Below, piece after piece: positions 9,081-19,927 of a DNA stretch of 64,000 bases (position 1 is the stretch's first letter; every line of letters begins with the position of its first letter). The notes under the pieces were generated by a model, which made no database searches, was not told where the DNA came from, and saw only the letters and a program-made list of their open reading frames with translations. Where the stretch lies: the NCBI GenBank assembly GCA_938040725.1, contig CALHZX010000058.1, forward strand, positions 4,254-68,253, in the 5' to 3' direction. The translations under genes were made by a program, and so were the position numbers. This stretch comes from an uncultured Actinomyces sp. (lineage in GTDB: Bacteria > Actinomycetota > Actinomycetes > Actinomycetales > Actinomycetaceae).

Positions 9081-10322
9081 TCAGCCCTGCGCGCAGCCCA
9101 CGATCGCGTCGACAAAGCCCTGCGGATCGAAGGGCGCAAGATCATCGGCGCCCTCGCCGAGGCCGACGAACTTCACGGGGACACCCAGCGCGCGCTGCAC
9201 GGACACGACGATGCCGCCCTTAGCAGAGCCGTCGAGCTTCGTCAGAACGATACCGGTCACGCCGGTAGCCTCGGCGAACACTTCGGCCTGCTTCATGCCG
9301 TTCTGGCCCGTGGTGGCGTCGAGGACGAGGAGGACTTCGGAAACCGGAGCATGCTTCGTCATCACGCGCTTGATCTTGCCGAGCTCGTCCATCAGCGTGG
9401 ACTTATTCTGCAGACGTCCCGCCGTATCGACGAGGACCACATCGACGTCACGGCCCACACCCTCGCGCACAGCCTCGAAGGCGACGGAAGCCGGGTCGGC
9501 ACCCTCACGATCACTACGTACGACATCCACGCCCACGCGCTCGCCCCACGTTGCGAGCTGGTCGGCGGCGGCCGCGCGGAAGGTATCGGCGGCACCGAGG
9601 ATCACAGACTTATCTTCCGCCACGAGGATACGCGCCAGCTTGCCGACGGTCGTGGTCTTACCGGTACCGTTGACGCCCACCATGAGGACAACGGCAGGCT
9701 TCAAGTCGCCGTCGACCTCCGGGCGCTCAAGGTTCAGGGAGCGATCCATGTCGGGGCCGACGAGAGCGAGCAACTCCTCGCGCAGGATCGCGCGGATACG
9801 CGCCTCGTCCGTGACGGATTCGACGGCGACGCGGCGCTTGAGCGCCTCCATCAGCGTGTCGGTAGCCTCAAGGCCGAGGTCGGCGATAAGGAGCGATTCC
9901 TCGATCTCCTCCCAGTCGGCGGCGCTGAGCTGGCCTCGGCTCAGAACACCGAGAATGGCGCGCCCCAGCGAACCGGAGGACGCGAGGCGTTCACGCAGGC
10001 GCTCCATGCGACCGCGCACAGGTTCGGGGCGCTCGATGGACGAGGCCGGAGCGGCGGGTGTCTCAGAAGGCTCCTCAGACGCCGACACAGGTGTATCAGA
10101 CGGGCCAGCGCGAGGCTCATCGCCACCTTCTTGCGGGGCAGAAGCGGGCGCGTCACCGGGTGCTTCGGCAGACACCTGCGGCTGAACGGGGATACTGACG
10201 TCGTCCGTAGAGCGGCGCTTGGAACTGGCAGCGATGCGGATGAGCACACCGATCAGCACAGCAACCACCAGGCCGATAACGACCGCCCACGGCGACTGGA
10301 GAGTGGAGATAAAAGCGTCCAT
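9081..10322 (-). CDS. ftsY: SRP receptor FtsY with N-terminal TM anchor
   Basis: GVNGTGKTTT, DTFRAAA, DTAGRLQN, TKLDGSAKGG. Confidence 0.97.
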   Translation of the reverse strand: MDAFISTLQSPWAVVIGLVVAVLIGVLIRIAASSKRRSTDDVSIPVQPQVSAEAPGDAPASAPQEGGDEPRAGPSDTPVSASEEPSETPAAPASSIERPEPVRGRMERLRERLASSGSLGRAILGVLSRGQLSAADWEEIEESLLIADLGLEATDTLMEALKRRVAVESVTDEARIRAILREELLALVGPDMDRSLNLERPEVDGDLKPAVVLMVGVNGTGKTTTVGKLARILVAEDKSVILGAADTFRAAAADQLATWGERVGVDVVRSDREGADPASVAFEAVREGVGRDVDVVLVDTAGRLQNKSTLMDELGKIKRVMTKHAPVSEVLLVLDATTGQNGMKQAEVFAEATGVTGIVLTKLDGSAKGGIVVSVQRALGVPVKFVGLGEGADDLAPFDPQGFVDAIVGCAQG

Positions 10323-10392
10323 AGGGTCATTATCCCCTATGGACGCTCTTCACAGAAAACCTGAGCGCAGCATCACTGCCTGAGGCCTGCGC

Positions 10393-10779
10393 CTACTCCT
10401 GGACTGACGTGTCCGGCCCGTCGGAACCCCGACGACCGCGATCAAAACGTTCACTCACGCGGCCGGTGACTGTCTCCAGCCGATCAATGCCCGGCAGGCG
10501 GTCAGCGTCGAAGTATGCGCTCCGTGACTCAGCATTTTGAAGGAGAGACTGCAGGGAAGCTGTCCGCGGCACCACGGGACCATCGGGGGACGTCGAGGCG
10601 CGCTTGGGCAGCGAATGATGAGTCTTCACCTCGTCCGCGATTTCTTCGCTCTCTCGCTTGATGACGCCCTTCCACTCGTCCGCGCTACGACGAGACAGAG
10701 CCAGCACCGCCACGACACCACCGGCGACGACGAGGACAAGAACGACAGTCACAACAAGAATCAACGCACCCTCAAGCAT
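10393..10779 (-). CDS. Hypothetical single-pass membrane protein
   Basis: N-terminal hydrophobic helix followed by RR; CAGGAT -10 six nt before the ATG (leaderless pattern). Confidence 0.7.
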   Translation of the reverse strand: MLEGALILVVTVVLVLVVAGGVVAVLALSRRSADEWKGVIKRESEEIADEVKTHHSLPKRASTSPDGPVVPRTASLQSLLQNAESRSAYFDADRLPGIDRLETVTGRVSERFDRGRRGSDGPDTSVQE

Positions 10780-10852
10780 GTTATCATCCTGCCCTATCGG
10801 ACCCCGCTGTGCGATGGAGCCACCCGCACAAACGAGCTTTGTGACGATATTG

Positions 10853-10890
10853 TCATGGGGGCCAGGAACGTTTGTTCCCAGCCCCCATGA
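10853..10890 (-). terminator. Hairpin downstream of the principal sigma factor gene
   Basis: tcatgggggc...gcccccatga inverted repeat. Confidence 0.55.
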
Positions 10891-10904
10891 ATGACGGTTG
10901 CGCG

Positions 10905-12431
10905 TCAGTCGAGGTAATCTCGCAGCACCTGCGAACGCGACGGATGGCGCAGCTTCGACATCGTCTTGGACTCGATCTGACGGATACGCTCACGCGTTAC
11001 GCCGTAGACCTTGCCGATCTCGTCGAGGGTCTTCGGCTGACCATCGCCCAGACCAAAGCGCATCGACACGACGCCTGCCTCACGCTCGGAGAGCGTATCC
11101 AGCACGTTGTGGAGCTGCTCCTGCAGCAGGGTGAAGGACACCGCATCCGCCGGGACGATAGCCTCGGAGTCTTCAATCAGGTCACCAAACTCAGAATCGC
11201 CGTCCTCACCGAGAGGCGTGTGCAGCGAAATCGGCTCGCGTCCGTACTTCTGAACCTCGACGACCTTCTCGGCGGTCATGTCGAGTTCCTTGGCCAGTTC
11301 CTCCGGCGTGGGTTCACGGCCCAGGTCCTGCAGCATCTGACGCTGGACGCGGGCCAGCTTGTTGATGACCTCCACCATGTGGACGGGAATACGAATCGTG
11401 CGGGCCTGGTCCGCCATCGCACGGGTGATCGCCTGACGGATCCACCATGTGGCGTAGGTCGAGAACTTGTAGCCCTTGGAGTAGTCAAACTTTTCCACGG
11501 CGCGAATGAGGCCGAGATTGCCTTCCTGGATGAGATCCAGGAACTGCATGCCGCGACCGGTGTATCGCTTGGCCAGCGACACAACCAGACGAAGGTTCGC
11601 CTCGAGCAGGTGGTTCTTTGCCTGCTGACCATCCTGCGCGAGGAAGTGCAGCTCACGACGCTCGCGGCTGGTCATCTCGTCGGCCTGGTTCTTCAGCTTG
11701 TACTCGGCGTACAGGCCAGCCTCGATACGGCGAGCAAGGTCAACTTCCTGCTCCGCGTTCAGCAGGGAAACCTTACCGATCTGCTTGAGGTAGTCCTTCA
11801 CCGGGTCGGCGGTCGCACCGGCGACAGTCACCTGCTGAACAGGCTCGTCGGTCTCGTCGGAATCCGAGACCACGAATCCGCCCTTCACATGAATGCCGGC
11901 GTTGGTGCGTTCACGCAACGCTGCACCCTCGGCGACCTTCGGGTCCTCTTCCTCGGCCTCTTCCTCGGCGTCGCTCACTTCCTCATCGTCGGCGTCTGCC
12001 TCGAGATCCGGATCCTCAAGATCGTCGCCCGTGGGCTCGAAGTCTTCCGCAACGGTGTCATCGAGTTCCTCGACGGCAACCTCTTCGACGATGTCCTCGT
12101 CCTTCTTCTTGCGACCGCGCGGCTTCTTGGCCGCAGGCTTCTTCGCAGCCTCATCCACGGCGGAGCCGGCTTTCTTCGCGGTCTTCTTGGCAGGAGCCTT
12201 CTTCGCCACGGGCTTATCAGCCTCGGCGGCGTCGGCCTTCTTCGTCGTCTTCTTCGCGGGAGCCTTCTTCCCCGGCGCCTTCTTCGCGGCCGACTTCTTC
12301 TCCTCGGCTGGTGCGCTAGCCGCGGGGGCCGTGGCCTTCTTGGCGCGCGTCGTCTTCTTCGCGGGGGTCGTCACCTCCGTGGTTTCCTCAGTCGTCGCGG
12401 AGTCCTTTGCCGAAGCGCGAGATGCACTCAC
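10905..12431 (-). CDS. sigA: Principal RNA polymerase sigma factor (SigA/HrdB/RpoD)
   Basis: [58 protein letters not shown]; Lys/Ala-rich then acidic N-terminus. Start is GTG 12431 (behind AAAGGG) or ATG 12446. Confidence 0.97.
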   Translation of the reverse strand: MSASRASAKDSATTEETTEVTTPAKKTTRAKKATAPAASAPAEEKKSAAKKAPGKKAPAKKTTKKADAAEADKPVAKKAPAKKTAKKAGSAVDEAAKKPAAKKPRGRKKKDEDIVEEVAVEELDDTVAEDFEPTGDDLEDPDLEADADDEEVSDAEEEAEEEDPKVAEGAALRERTNAGIHVKGGFVVSDSDETDEPVQQVTVAGATADPVKDYLKQIGKVSLLNAEQEVDLARRIEAGLYAEYKLKNQADEMTSRERRELHFLAQDGQQAKNHLLEANLRLVVSLAKRYTGRGMQFLDLIQEGNLGLIRAVEKFDYSKGYKFSTYATWWIRQAITRAMADQARTIRIPVHMVEVINKLARVQRQMLQDLGREPTPEELAKELDMTAEKVVEVQKYGREPISLHTPLGEDGDSEFGDLIEDSEAIVPADAVSFTLLQEQLHNVLDTLSEREAGVVSMRFGLGDGQPKTLDEIGKVYGVTRERIRQIESKTMSKLRHPSRSQVLRDYLD

Positions 12432-12590
12432 ACGGGTCCCTTTCATTGATGGGTATGCACAACAGAGCCGATTGCAAATCGGCATACCGTGGCCAGTCTA
12501 GTGCTTTGCTTCGTAGTTTTCCTGACGGTAGGTGTGAGGATGCCCCGCATTGACCTCCGCTCAGAGCACAACCTCAGTTAGAGTTGCCTC

Positions 12591-13694
12591 ATGACTCTGA
12601 GCGACAGTTTCGCGACGCTGCGTCCGCACATTGACGAGGCAACGGCCTTGAGCCTCGCCCGCCTTCTGACGCGCGCCGGCGCATCGAGCCGATCCGAGGA
12701 GTTTTCCGAGGCCGTGCTCGCGTCCGTTGCCGGTGGGAAGCGGTTCCGGGCTCTCATGGCGCACATCGGCTACTCGCTCGGGGCAGCAATTCCAGTCGAA
12801 GACGTTGCCCTGCCCCACCTCAGCGCAGCGCTCGAGCTCTACCAGGCCAGCGCTCTCGTTCACGATGACATCATCGACAAGGCAGATGAGCGTCGCGGCA
12901 TGCCGACTCCTCATCGAAGCCTCGCCACCCATCACGCATCGCACTCGTGGATCGGCTCGTCGTCAGATTTCGGAACACACGCCGCGATCCTCGTTGGAGA
13001 CTTTTTGTTTTCCGCCGCGACCGCCGCTGCAGACGAGCAGGCGCTCACACTCGACGACAAGCGCGCACGGACGTTCGCGCGCCGCTTTGCCGACATGCAC
13101 GCAGAAGTGGCACTCGGCCAATACCTCGACATCGCCGCCGAGCAGAGCCCTGTAGACCCCGAACGCACGGACGCACTGAACGTCAGTGACGCGCTCGAGG
13201 TCGCACTCCATAAGTCGGCTCACTACTCGGTCGTTCACCCCGCAGTCCTGGGAGCTATCTGCGGCGCGCCCACGCTCGACGACGGGGACGCACTCACCCA
13301 CAGCCTCGAAGAGATCCTGACGCCCTGGGGGCTGGCATTCCAGCTACGCGACGACGACCTCGGCGTTTTCGGAGACCCCGCGGTGACCGGAAAACCCGCG
13401 GGCGATGATCTGCGCGAAGGAAAGCGCACGGTCCTCCTGGCTCTCACCTGGGAGGCCTCCTCCCCCGCCGAGCGGCGCACGCTCACTGACGTCCTCGGGG
13501 TGGCCGAAGCCTCGGCGACGCAGATCAGCGCGGCGACCCGCATCGTCGAGTCCAACGGCCGCGGCCCCCACGAGGCTGAGATCGCGCGCCTGGTCACCGA
13601 CGGGCACGCCGCGCTCGAAGCCTCGACCTTCGACGACGATTCCCGCGCGATGCTGCGCGAGCTATGCTCGATACTCACCGCTAGGCGAGCCTGA
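12591..13694 (+). CDS. Polyprenyl (geranylgeranyl) diphosphate synthase, IdsA-like
   Basis: GGKRFR, ALVHDDIIDKADERRG (FARM), GQYLD, FQLRDDDLGVFGD...GK..GDDLREGK. Confidence 0.92.
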   Translation: MTLSDSFATLRPHIDEATALSLARLLTRAGASSRSEEFSEAVLASVAGGKRFRALMAHIGYSLGAAIPVEDVALPHLSAALELYQASALVHDDIIDKADERRGMPTPHRSLATHHASHSWIGSSSDFGTHAAILVGDFLFSAATAAADEQALTLDDKRARTFARRFADMHAEVALGQYLDIAAEQSPVDPERTDALNVSDALEVALHKSAHYSVVHPAVLGAICGAPTLDDGDALTHSLEEILTPWGLAFQLRDDDLGVFGDPAVTGKPAGDDLREGKRTVLLALTWEASSPAERRTLTDVLGVAEASATQISAATRIVESNGRGPHEAEIARLVTDGHAALEASTFDDDSRAMLRELCSILTARRA

Positions 13695-13709
13695 GCCCGA
13701 GGCGGTGAG

Positions 13710-14063
13710 TTAGAACGCCAGAGTCGAGGCGATGCGATTGACCCGGTGATGGCGACCCGACGTCAGCGCATCGATCGGGCGCTCGCCGAGCTCGTCCTGA
13801 ACGGCGTACAGCCACGCCAACGATTCCTCGGCCGTGAAGCCATCATCCGCCAGGAGGGTGAGCGTTCCCTGCAGGAATGGGAGCGGCTCCCAGCCGTTTT
13901 CGCCCTTGACGATCGCTTCCTGAGGGATGCCACGCACCCCGTTACCGTCGCGCCCCTCGATGAGGACACGATCACGGATCAGCTGCTTGAGGCGACGTTC
14001 TTCGATACCGAGGAGACGGCACACCTCGTCGGTGGAGAGCACGGTGATATCAACACTGGTCAT
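13710..14063 (-). CDS. Rv2175c family DNA-binding protein
   Basis: N-terminal HTH-like segment, GTLTLLADDGF, ELGERPIDAL...LAF; divergent from pknL. Start reset to ATG 14063 (TAGTCT -10 seven nt upstream). Confidence 0.85.
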   Translation of the reverse strand: MTSVDITVLSTDEVCRLLGIEERRLKQLIRDRVLIEGRDGNGVRGIPQEAIVKGENGWEPLPFLQGTLTLLADDGFTAEESLAWLYAVQDELGERPIDALTSGRHHRVNRIASTLAF

Positions 14064-14146
14064 GAGCGCAAGACTACCCCATTCATGCGCCGCACCGAGG
14101 TGGGCACTTCCGATAATTTCGCGAAAACTCCCATAGAATCGTGCAA

Positions 14147-16084
14147 GTGAGCGATGAACAGACATTCGACCAGACGGACCCGTTGATCGGCCTCCTCGTC
14201 GACGAACGGTACCGAGTGACGCGCAGGCTCGCGCGTGGCGGCATGGCCACCGTGTACATCGCACAGGACGAACGCCTTGATCGACCCGTCGCCCTCAAGG
14301 TCATGCACCCACACCTGGCGGACTCCCAGGACTTCGTCGCACGCTTCCGCCGCGAGGCACGATCCGCAGCACGCATCGTTCACCCCGGTGTCGTCTCCGT
14401 CTTCGACCAGGGTGTCATCTCCGGTCAGGGCTTCCTCGTCATGGAACTCATTGACGGAACGAACCTGCGCCAGCTGCTGCGCGCGCAGGGCGCCTTTACT
14501 ATTCCCCAGGCCCTGCGCTACACGACCGATACCCTTGAGGCTCTCCGTGCCGCACACCGCGTCGGCGTGATCCATCGCGACATTAAGCCAGAGAACATCC
14601 TCGTTCCAACCGACGGCCCCGCGAAGGTCACCGACTTCGGTTTGGCACGAGCAGCCTCCGAGGTATCCATGTCGTCGACGGGCAACATGCTCGGAACCGT
14701 GGCGTACATCGCGCCGGAAATAGCCACCACAGCGCAAGCCGACGCACGCTCGGATATCTACTCCGTGGGCATCATGCTGTACGAGATGCTGACCGGCGTT
14801 GTTCCATGGGCGGGTGAATCACCGCTGCAGATCGCCACCCATCACGTCGCCGATGACGTCCCCAGCCCATCGGCTTCCCAACCCTGGATCCCCCGCGAAA
14901 TCGACGATCTCGTCGCGGTGTTGACCGCCCGCGATCCCGCCTCTCGCCCCGCCGACGCCTCCGAAGCCATCGACCTGGTGACGCGAAGCGCCGCCGCTAT
15001 CCCGGCCGAGCTGGCGAGTCGGCGCGCAGAAGGCGCCCCCGCCGACCGCAGCGGCGCCTCTGAAACCACAGCGCTCAACACGGAGGTGATGTCCGCACAG
15101 TTCACGAGGCCGCTTCCTGCACCTTCAACCGTCACAACGGTGCACACCTCCGCGCCGATCCCAACGCCCGAGGAGCAGGGCACGACGAAGACATACAAGC
15201 GTGCAGCCCTGTGGGTGAGCCTGGTCGTCCTCCTCCTCGCGGTGGCGGGAATTGGAGGCACCTGGTGGTGGATCGAATACGGCCCCGGCTCCTACCTGAC
15301 GATGCCCGCCACCGACGGGCGCCCCCTCGCAGACGTTGAGGCTGATCTGGGCGCGATGGGGCTCGCCTTCTCTGTCGAGGAGGAGTTTTCGGACGACGTC
15401 GCGACCGGTTCCGTCACTCGCTCCGACCCTGAGGGCGGAACACCGGTCCATAAGCGCGCCGACGTGCAGCTCTACGTGTCCAAGGGTGTCGACATGAAAA
15501 CCGTACCCGACGTGAGCGGCAAGACCCAGGATGATGCGAAGAAGGCACTCTCCGACGCAGGCCTGGCCCTCGGCGCAATAACAGATGCCTACTCCGAGGA
15601 TGTCCCGCAGGGACAGGTCATCTCCCAGTCTGCGCCGTCCGGCACCTCGGTGCCGCACGACACGGCCATCGACGTCGTCTTGTCCAAGGGACGCGAACCT
15701 CTCACTGTGCCCTCCCTCAACGGGATGAGTGCGGACGCCGCGAAGAAGGCCATTGAAGGGCTCGGCCTCGTCGCAGCACCCACCGAAGCGTTCTCCGACA
15801 CGGTCGCGCAAGGCCAGGTCATCTCTCAGCAGAGCGCAGAGGGCTCCATCCTGCACCGCGGCGACAGCGTCGCCTACACGGTGTCGAAGGGCCCCGAAAA
15901 GGTCGCAGTGCCCGACGTCGTTGGCCGCCAGCGCGACGATGCCAGGAGCGTGCTCGAAGCAGCCGGCTTTACCGTCCAAGAGGAAGCGATTCTCGGCGGC
16001 TTCTTCGGCACCGTCCGCCAAAGTGATCCCGCCGCTGGAACAATGCTCAAGAAGGGTAGCGTCGTCACGATCACCATCGTCTGA
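14147..16084 (+). CDS. pknL: PASTA-domain Ser/Thr protein kinase (PknL-like)
   Basis: LARGGMATVY, VALK, IHRDIKPEN, DFGLA, APE, one TM helix, about four PASTA repeats. GTG 14147 lies seven nt after TAGAAT. Confidence 0.93.
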   Translation: MSDEQTFDQTDPLIGLLVDERYRVTRRLARGGMATVYIAQDERLDRPVALKVMHPHLADSQDFVARFRREARSAARIVHPGVVSVFDQGVISGQGFLVMELIDGTNLRQLLRAQGAFTIPQALRYTTDTLEALRAAHRVGVIHRDIKPENILVPTDGPAKVTDFGLARAASEVSMSSTGNMLGTVAYIAPEIATTAQADARSDIYSVGIMLYEMLTGVVPWAGESPLQIATHHVADDVPSPSASQPWIPREIDDLVAVLTARDPASRPADASEAIDLVTRSAAAIPAELASRRAEGAPADRSGASETTALNTEVMSAQFTRPLPAPSTVTTVHTSAPIPTPEEQGTTKTYKRAALWVSLVVLLLAVAGIGGTWWWIEYGPGSYLTMPATDGRPLADVEADLGAMGLAFSVEEEFSDDVATGSVTRSDPEGGTPVHKRADVQLYVSKGVDMKTVPDVSGKTQDDAKKALSDAGLALGAITDAYSEDVPQGQVISQSAPSGTSVPHDTAIDVVLSKGREPLTVPSLNGMSADAAKKAIEGLGLVAAPTEAFSDTVAQGQVISQQSAEGSILHRGDSVAYTVSKGPEKVAVPDVVGRQRDDARSVLEAAGFTVQEEAILGGFFGTVRQSDPAAGTMLKKGSVVTITIV

Positions 16085-16119
16085 CGGGACGCCGCGTCCA
16101 CCGCCCACGCATCCAACGA

Positions 16120-16161
16120 AAGATCCCCGGCCTCGTCGAATCGGACGAGGCCGGGGATCTT
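16120..16161. terminator. Bidirectional terminator between pknL and the DAHP synthase gene
   Basis: 18-bp perfect stem aagatccccggcctcgtc / gacgaggccggggatctt between convergent genes. Confidence 0.8.
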
Positions 16162-16174
16162 ATCGCTCGAGAGT

Positions 16175-17614
16175 TCACTCCTCGTGAGAGGACCCCTTCG
16201 CCAGGTACTGAGCCACCTGGAAGGCCATCTCCAGACTCTGCTGATGATTCAGACGCGGGTCCACGAGCGTCTCGTAACGGTCCCGCAAGGCCTCGTCATC
16301 GATGTGCTCACTGCCGCCGATCACCTCGGTGACATCGTCACCCGTGAGCTCGACATGCAGGCCACCAGGCACAGTGCCCGCAGCCTCGTGAGCCTCAAAG
16401 AAGCCACGAACCTCATCCATGACCGTCTCAAAACGACGCGTCTTATATCCGGTCGAAGACGTGATCGTATTGCCGTGCATCGGATCCGTCATCCACGTGA
16501 CCGGACGGCCGTCCTCACGCGCGGCTTCCAAGAGCGGGGGAAGCGCCTCGCGGATGCGACCGGCGCCCATGCGCGTAATGAACGACAGGCGCCCCTCCTC
16601 ACCATCCGGGTTGAGGCGATCGATCAGCGAAAGCATCCGGTCCGGTGTGGTCGACGGACCGAGCTTGACCCCAATCGGGTTACGAACGCGCGACAGCAGC
16701 TCAATGTGAGCGCCCTCCTCGTCACGGGTCCGCTCCCCCGCCCACAGGAAGTGGGCAGATGTGTTGTACGGTTCGCCGGTGCGCGAATCGATCCGGGTCA
16801 TCGCCGACTCGTACTCGAGTAGCAACGCCTCGTGCGACGAGTACAGGTCAACGTCGCGCAGTGTCTCGAAATCAACGCCAGCAGCACCCATGAACTTGAT
16901 CGCACGGTGGATGTCCTCCGCTAGCGACTCATAGCGCGCATAGGCCGGATTCGACATGAAGCCCTGATTCCAGCGATGCACCTGACGTAGGTCAGCGTAG
17001 CCGCCCTTCGTGAAAGCACGAATCAGGTTCAGCGTCGACGCGGCGTGGTTGTACATCGACAGAAGGCGCCGCGGATCGGGCTCGCGCGCCTCGGGGGTGA
17101 ACTCGAAGGAGTTCACCGCATCGCCGCGGTAGCTCGGCAGCGTCACACCGTCACGTGTCTCCATGTCGGAAGAGCGCGGCTTGGCGTACTGACCCGCAAT
17201 ACGGCCGACCTTGATGACCGGCAAAGATGCGCCGTAGGTCAGCACGACCGCCATCTGCAGCAGGGTCTGAATCTTCAGGCGCACATGATCCGCCGTCGCC
17301 TCAGCGAAGGTCTCAGCGCAGTCCCCGCCCATCAGAACGAAGGCCTCACCGCGGGCAGCCGCACCCATCCACGTGCGCAGGTCGTCAACCTCCCCGGCGA
17401 ACACGAGCGGCGGCTGGCGGCGCAGCTGCGCCGTCACATCACTGAGATGTTCCGCGTCCGCGTAGGTAGGCTGCTGGGCTGCATCCAGGCCACGCCAGGT
17501 ATCCCAGGGAGCACGCTCCCCGGACTCAGGTGACCACAGACGCTCGGGGACGCGGCGGGAGCGAGGCTTACGCACAGGCTCGCCGCCGCGTCCGGGAGTG
17601 ATCGAAGGAATCAC
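16175..17614 (-). CDS. Class II DAHP synthase
   Basis: GGDCAETF, KVGRIAGQYAKPRS, YRGDAVN, DPMHGNT, DPRLNHQQSLE. Confidence 0.96.
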   Translation of the reverse strand: MIPSITPGRGGEPVRKPRSRRVPERLWSPESGERAPWDTWRGLDAAQQPTYADAEHLSDVTAQLRRQPPLVFAGEVDDLRTWMGAAARGEAFVLMGGDCAETFAEATADHVRLKIQTLLQMAVVLTYGASLPVIKVGRIAGQYAKPRSSDMETRDGVTLPSYRGDAVNSFEFTPEAREPDPRRLLSMYNHAASTLNLIRAFTKGGYADLRQVHRWNQGFMSNPAYARYESLAEDIHRAIKFMGAAGVDFETLRDVDLYSSHEALLLEYESAMTRIDSRTGEPYNTSAHFLWAGERTRDEEGAHIELLSRVRNPIGVKLGPSTTPDRMLSLIDRLNPDGEEGRLSFITRMGAGRIREALPPLLEAAREDGRPVTWMTDPMHGNTITSSTGYKTRRFETVMDEVRGFFEAHEAAGTVPGGLHVELTGDDVTEVIGGSEHIDDEALRDRYETLVDPRLNHQQSLEMAFQVAQYLAKGSSHEE

Positions 17615-17624
17615 GCGCAGCGAC

Positions 17625-18842
17625 TCACTCGCCAGCAGGCTCGACGGTCTGGCCGATCTCGGCCATCATCTCGACGAACCAGGGGGCGGAAATGTCGAAG
17701 GGCTTCCCGCCCGCGATGCGCGGGAACGGAATGGCCTTCAGGCGGTCACCGTCCTCCTCGTCGTGGCCGATAACGCCGGACTCGCCCTTGAAAGCGCACT
17801 CGACGGCGAGGTCGGTCATCGACTTGATGAGGCGCAGGTCGTCGGCGTTGGCACGCGAGGAACGCGAGAAGTAGCCGGACTTCTGGACCATGACCTTCTC
17901 AGCGTCGATCTTCTCGGCGAACTGCTTGGCGAACCACTGGCCGGGGTTGATCGTGTCGAGCTTGACGTGGCCGAACGGGTCGCGCTGGACCTCGCCGCCG
18001 GCAGCCTCGATCTCCGCGATGATCTCGGGGACGCCAGCGCCCTCGGACAGGAAGATGTTGACGTTGCCCTGCTCGTCCATGATGGCCTTGAGGCGCTTGG
18101 CCTCGGCATCCAGATCGATCTTCATCTCGGGCAGGAAGATGGCGTGGATGTCCCAACGCTCCTTCGACAGGCCGATCGAGGGCACCCACTCCTGGGTCTT
18201 GAGCCACTCGTGGTAGCGCTGCGAACCGGCGGCCGTCAGCCAACCGCAGTGGCGGCCCATGATCTCGTGGATGATGAGCATGCGGGGGTTGGAGCGATGC
18301 TCACCGATGATGTTCTGGGAGTACTCGGAAACCTCTTCAGCGGCGGTCCAGGCGCCCAGGGACTGGCGGATCGGCACAACGTCGTTGTCGATCGTCTTGG
18401 GCAGGCCCACGACAGTCAGGTGGTAATCGTGCTCCTCCAGGTAGGCGGCCAGGTCGGCAGCCGTCGTGTTGGTGTCGTCGCCACCGATGGTGTGCAGGAC
18501 GTCGACGCCGTCAGCGCGCAGCTGCTCGGCAGCCTTCTGCAGCGGGTCCTCATCCTCGGAGACGAGGCCGCGCTCGACCAGGTTCTTCTTGTTCGTCAGC
18601 TTGACACGGGAGTTACCGATCGGGGAGCCGCCGAAGCGGTGCAGGACGGCAGCGTGCTTGCGAGCTTCCTCGTCGACCAGCACGTAGTTGCCGGTGAGCA
18701 GGCCGTGGTAGCCGTTCTGGTAAGCGATGATCTCAACCGTGGGATCAATTTCGTTGTAGCGCTCGATGAGTCCACCGACAGCGGAGGACAGGCACGGGGC
18801 GAAGCCACCTGCGGTCAGCAGGGCAACACGACGGACCGACAT
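17625..18842 (-). CDS. pfp: Pyrophosphate-dependent phosphofructokinase
   Basis: TAGGFAPCLS, TIGGDDT (PPi-type GGDD), LPKTIDND, EIMGRHCGWL. Start reset to ATG 18842 behind GAAAGG. Confidence 0.95.
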   Translation of the reverse strand: MSVRRVALLTAGGFAPCLSSAVGGLIERYNEIDPTVEIIAYQNGYHGLLTGNYVLVDEEARKHAAVLHRFGGSPIGNSRVKLTNKKNLVERGLVSEDEDPLQKAAEQLRADGVDVLHTIGGDDTNTTAADLAAYLEEHDYHLTVVGLPKTIDNDVVPIRQSLGAWTAAEEVSEYSQNIIGEHRSNPRMLIIHEIMGRHCGWLTAAGSQRYHEWLKTQEWVPSIGLSKERWDIHAIFLPEMKIDLDAEAKRLKAIMDEQGNVNIFLSEGAGVPEIIAEIEAAGGEVQRDPFGHVKLDTINPGQWFAKQFAEKIDAEKVMVQKSGYFSRSSRANADDLRLIKSMTDLAVECAFKGESGVIGHDEEDGDRLKAIPFPRIAGGKPFDISAPWFVEMMAEIGQTVEPAGE

Positions 18843-19056
18843 GAATGTCACCTTTCTCAGGTTGGTTAGGTACGGCCCCGCGCGTGCATGCACGCTCCAC
18901 GTCACCCCGGCTGCCCAATGGGGCCACCTAGTGCGCGAAGGCGCGCGTGTGCAGGGCACAGTTCATTCTACCCGGCCCACATCGCCTTTCGCCAAGGACA
19001 CCCGTCCCACGAAACGCGAATGCGTGCCCCCATCGTGGGATGACGGGGAACAGCCA

Positions 19057-19869
19057 TTACCCCTTATCCGAGGCCTCCCGCTCCTCACTGCTCTCTTCCT
19101 CGGGGGCGGTGGGCACGGGGACATCGGGGGCGGTGCGCCCACCGGGTGCGGGACGACCGTTGGAGGGAACCGGTCCCTCGAAGGCGCCCTCTGCTGCCAG
19201 CTGCGCCTTGACGTCGGCGGCATACAGGTCCACGTACTCCTGCCCAGACAGGAGCATCAGGTTGTACATAATTTCGTCGGTGATGGCCCGCAGCACGTAG
19301 CGGTCCTTGTCGAGGCCACGGTAACGCGAGAAGTCCAGGGGCTCGCCGATCACCATGCCGATATTCGTACGGGACGGGATCCTTTGGCCGATCGGCTGCG
19401 CGGCATGGGTGCCGATCATCGCCACGGGGATAACGGGTGCGCCGGAGAGGAGGGCAAGGCGCGCGACGCCGGTCTTGCCGCGGTAGAGGCGCCCATCGGG
19501 GCTGCGCGTTCCTTCGGGGTAGATGCCGAAGAGTTCACCGTCACGCAGGCGCTTGAGTCCGGCGTTCAGAGCCGCCTCGGACGCGCGGCCACCGGTACGG
19601 TCGACGGGGATGGTGCCCACGGCACGCATAAACTCCTTCGTCATCCACCCTTTGAGACCGGTGCCCGTGAAGTAGTCGGCCTTGCCCATAAAGACGACCT
19701 CACGGTCGAGCATCATCGGCAGGAACACCGAATCCCATACGGCATTGTGATTGGACGCGAGAATGGCGGGTCCTTCGGCAGGAATGTTCTCCTTGCCGCG
19801 GATCCACGGGTGATAGGCCGCCTTCAGAACGGGGCTGCCGGTCGCCTTAAGAGCCTGATAGAACGCCAC
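19057..19869 (-). CDS. plsC: 1-acyl-sn-glycerol-3-phosphate acyltransferase (PlsC family)
   Basis: SNHNAVWD (HX4D), YPEGTRSPDGRLYRGKTG. Start reset to GTG 19869 behind AGGAG. Confidence 0.92.
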   Translation of the reverse strand: MAFYQALKATGSPVLKAAYHPWIRGKENIPAEGPAILASNHNAVWDSVFLPMMLDREVVFMGKADYFTGTGLKGWMTKEFMRAVGTIPVDRTGGRASEAALNAGLKRLRDGELFGIYPEGTRSPDGRLYRGKTGVARLALLSGAPVIPVAMIGTHAAQPIGQRIPSRTNIGMVIGEPLDFSRYRGLDKDRYVLRAITDEIMYNLMLLSGQEYVDLYAADVKAQLAAEGAFEGPVPSNGRPAPGGRTAPDVPVPTAPEEESSEEREASDKG

Positions 19870-19927
19870 TGTCACTCCTGAAGTCTCGACGGGCGCGCAA
19901 GCGCGCGAACGAATTAGTATCAACTGT

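Noticed and set aside
12100..12380. Repetitive cttcttcg / PAKK units
   Set aside because: This is the low-complexity Lys/Ala-rich N-terminus typical of actinobacterial principal sigma factors, not a CRISPR or DNA repeat element.
7059..12449. Long antisense ORFs (634, 430, 525 aa) opposite ffh, ftsY and sigA; similar ones opposite pfp, ettA, acc and fas
   Set aside because: These are shadow frames produced by high GC3 codon bias. They mirror well-recognised genes and have no motifs of their own.
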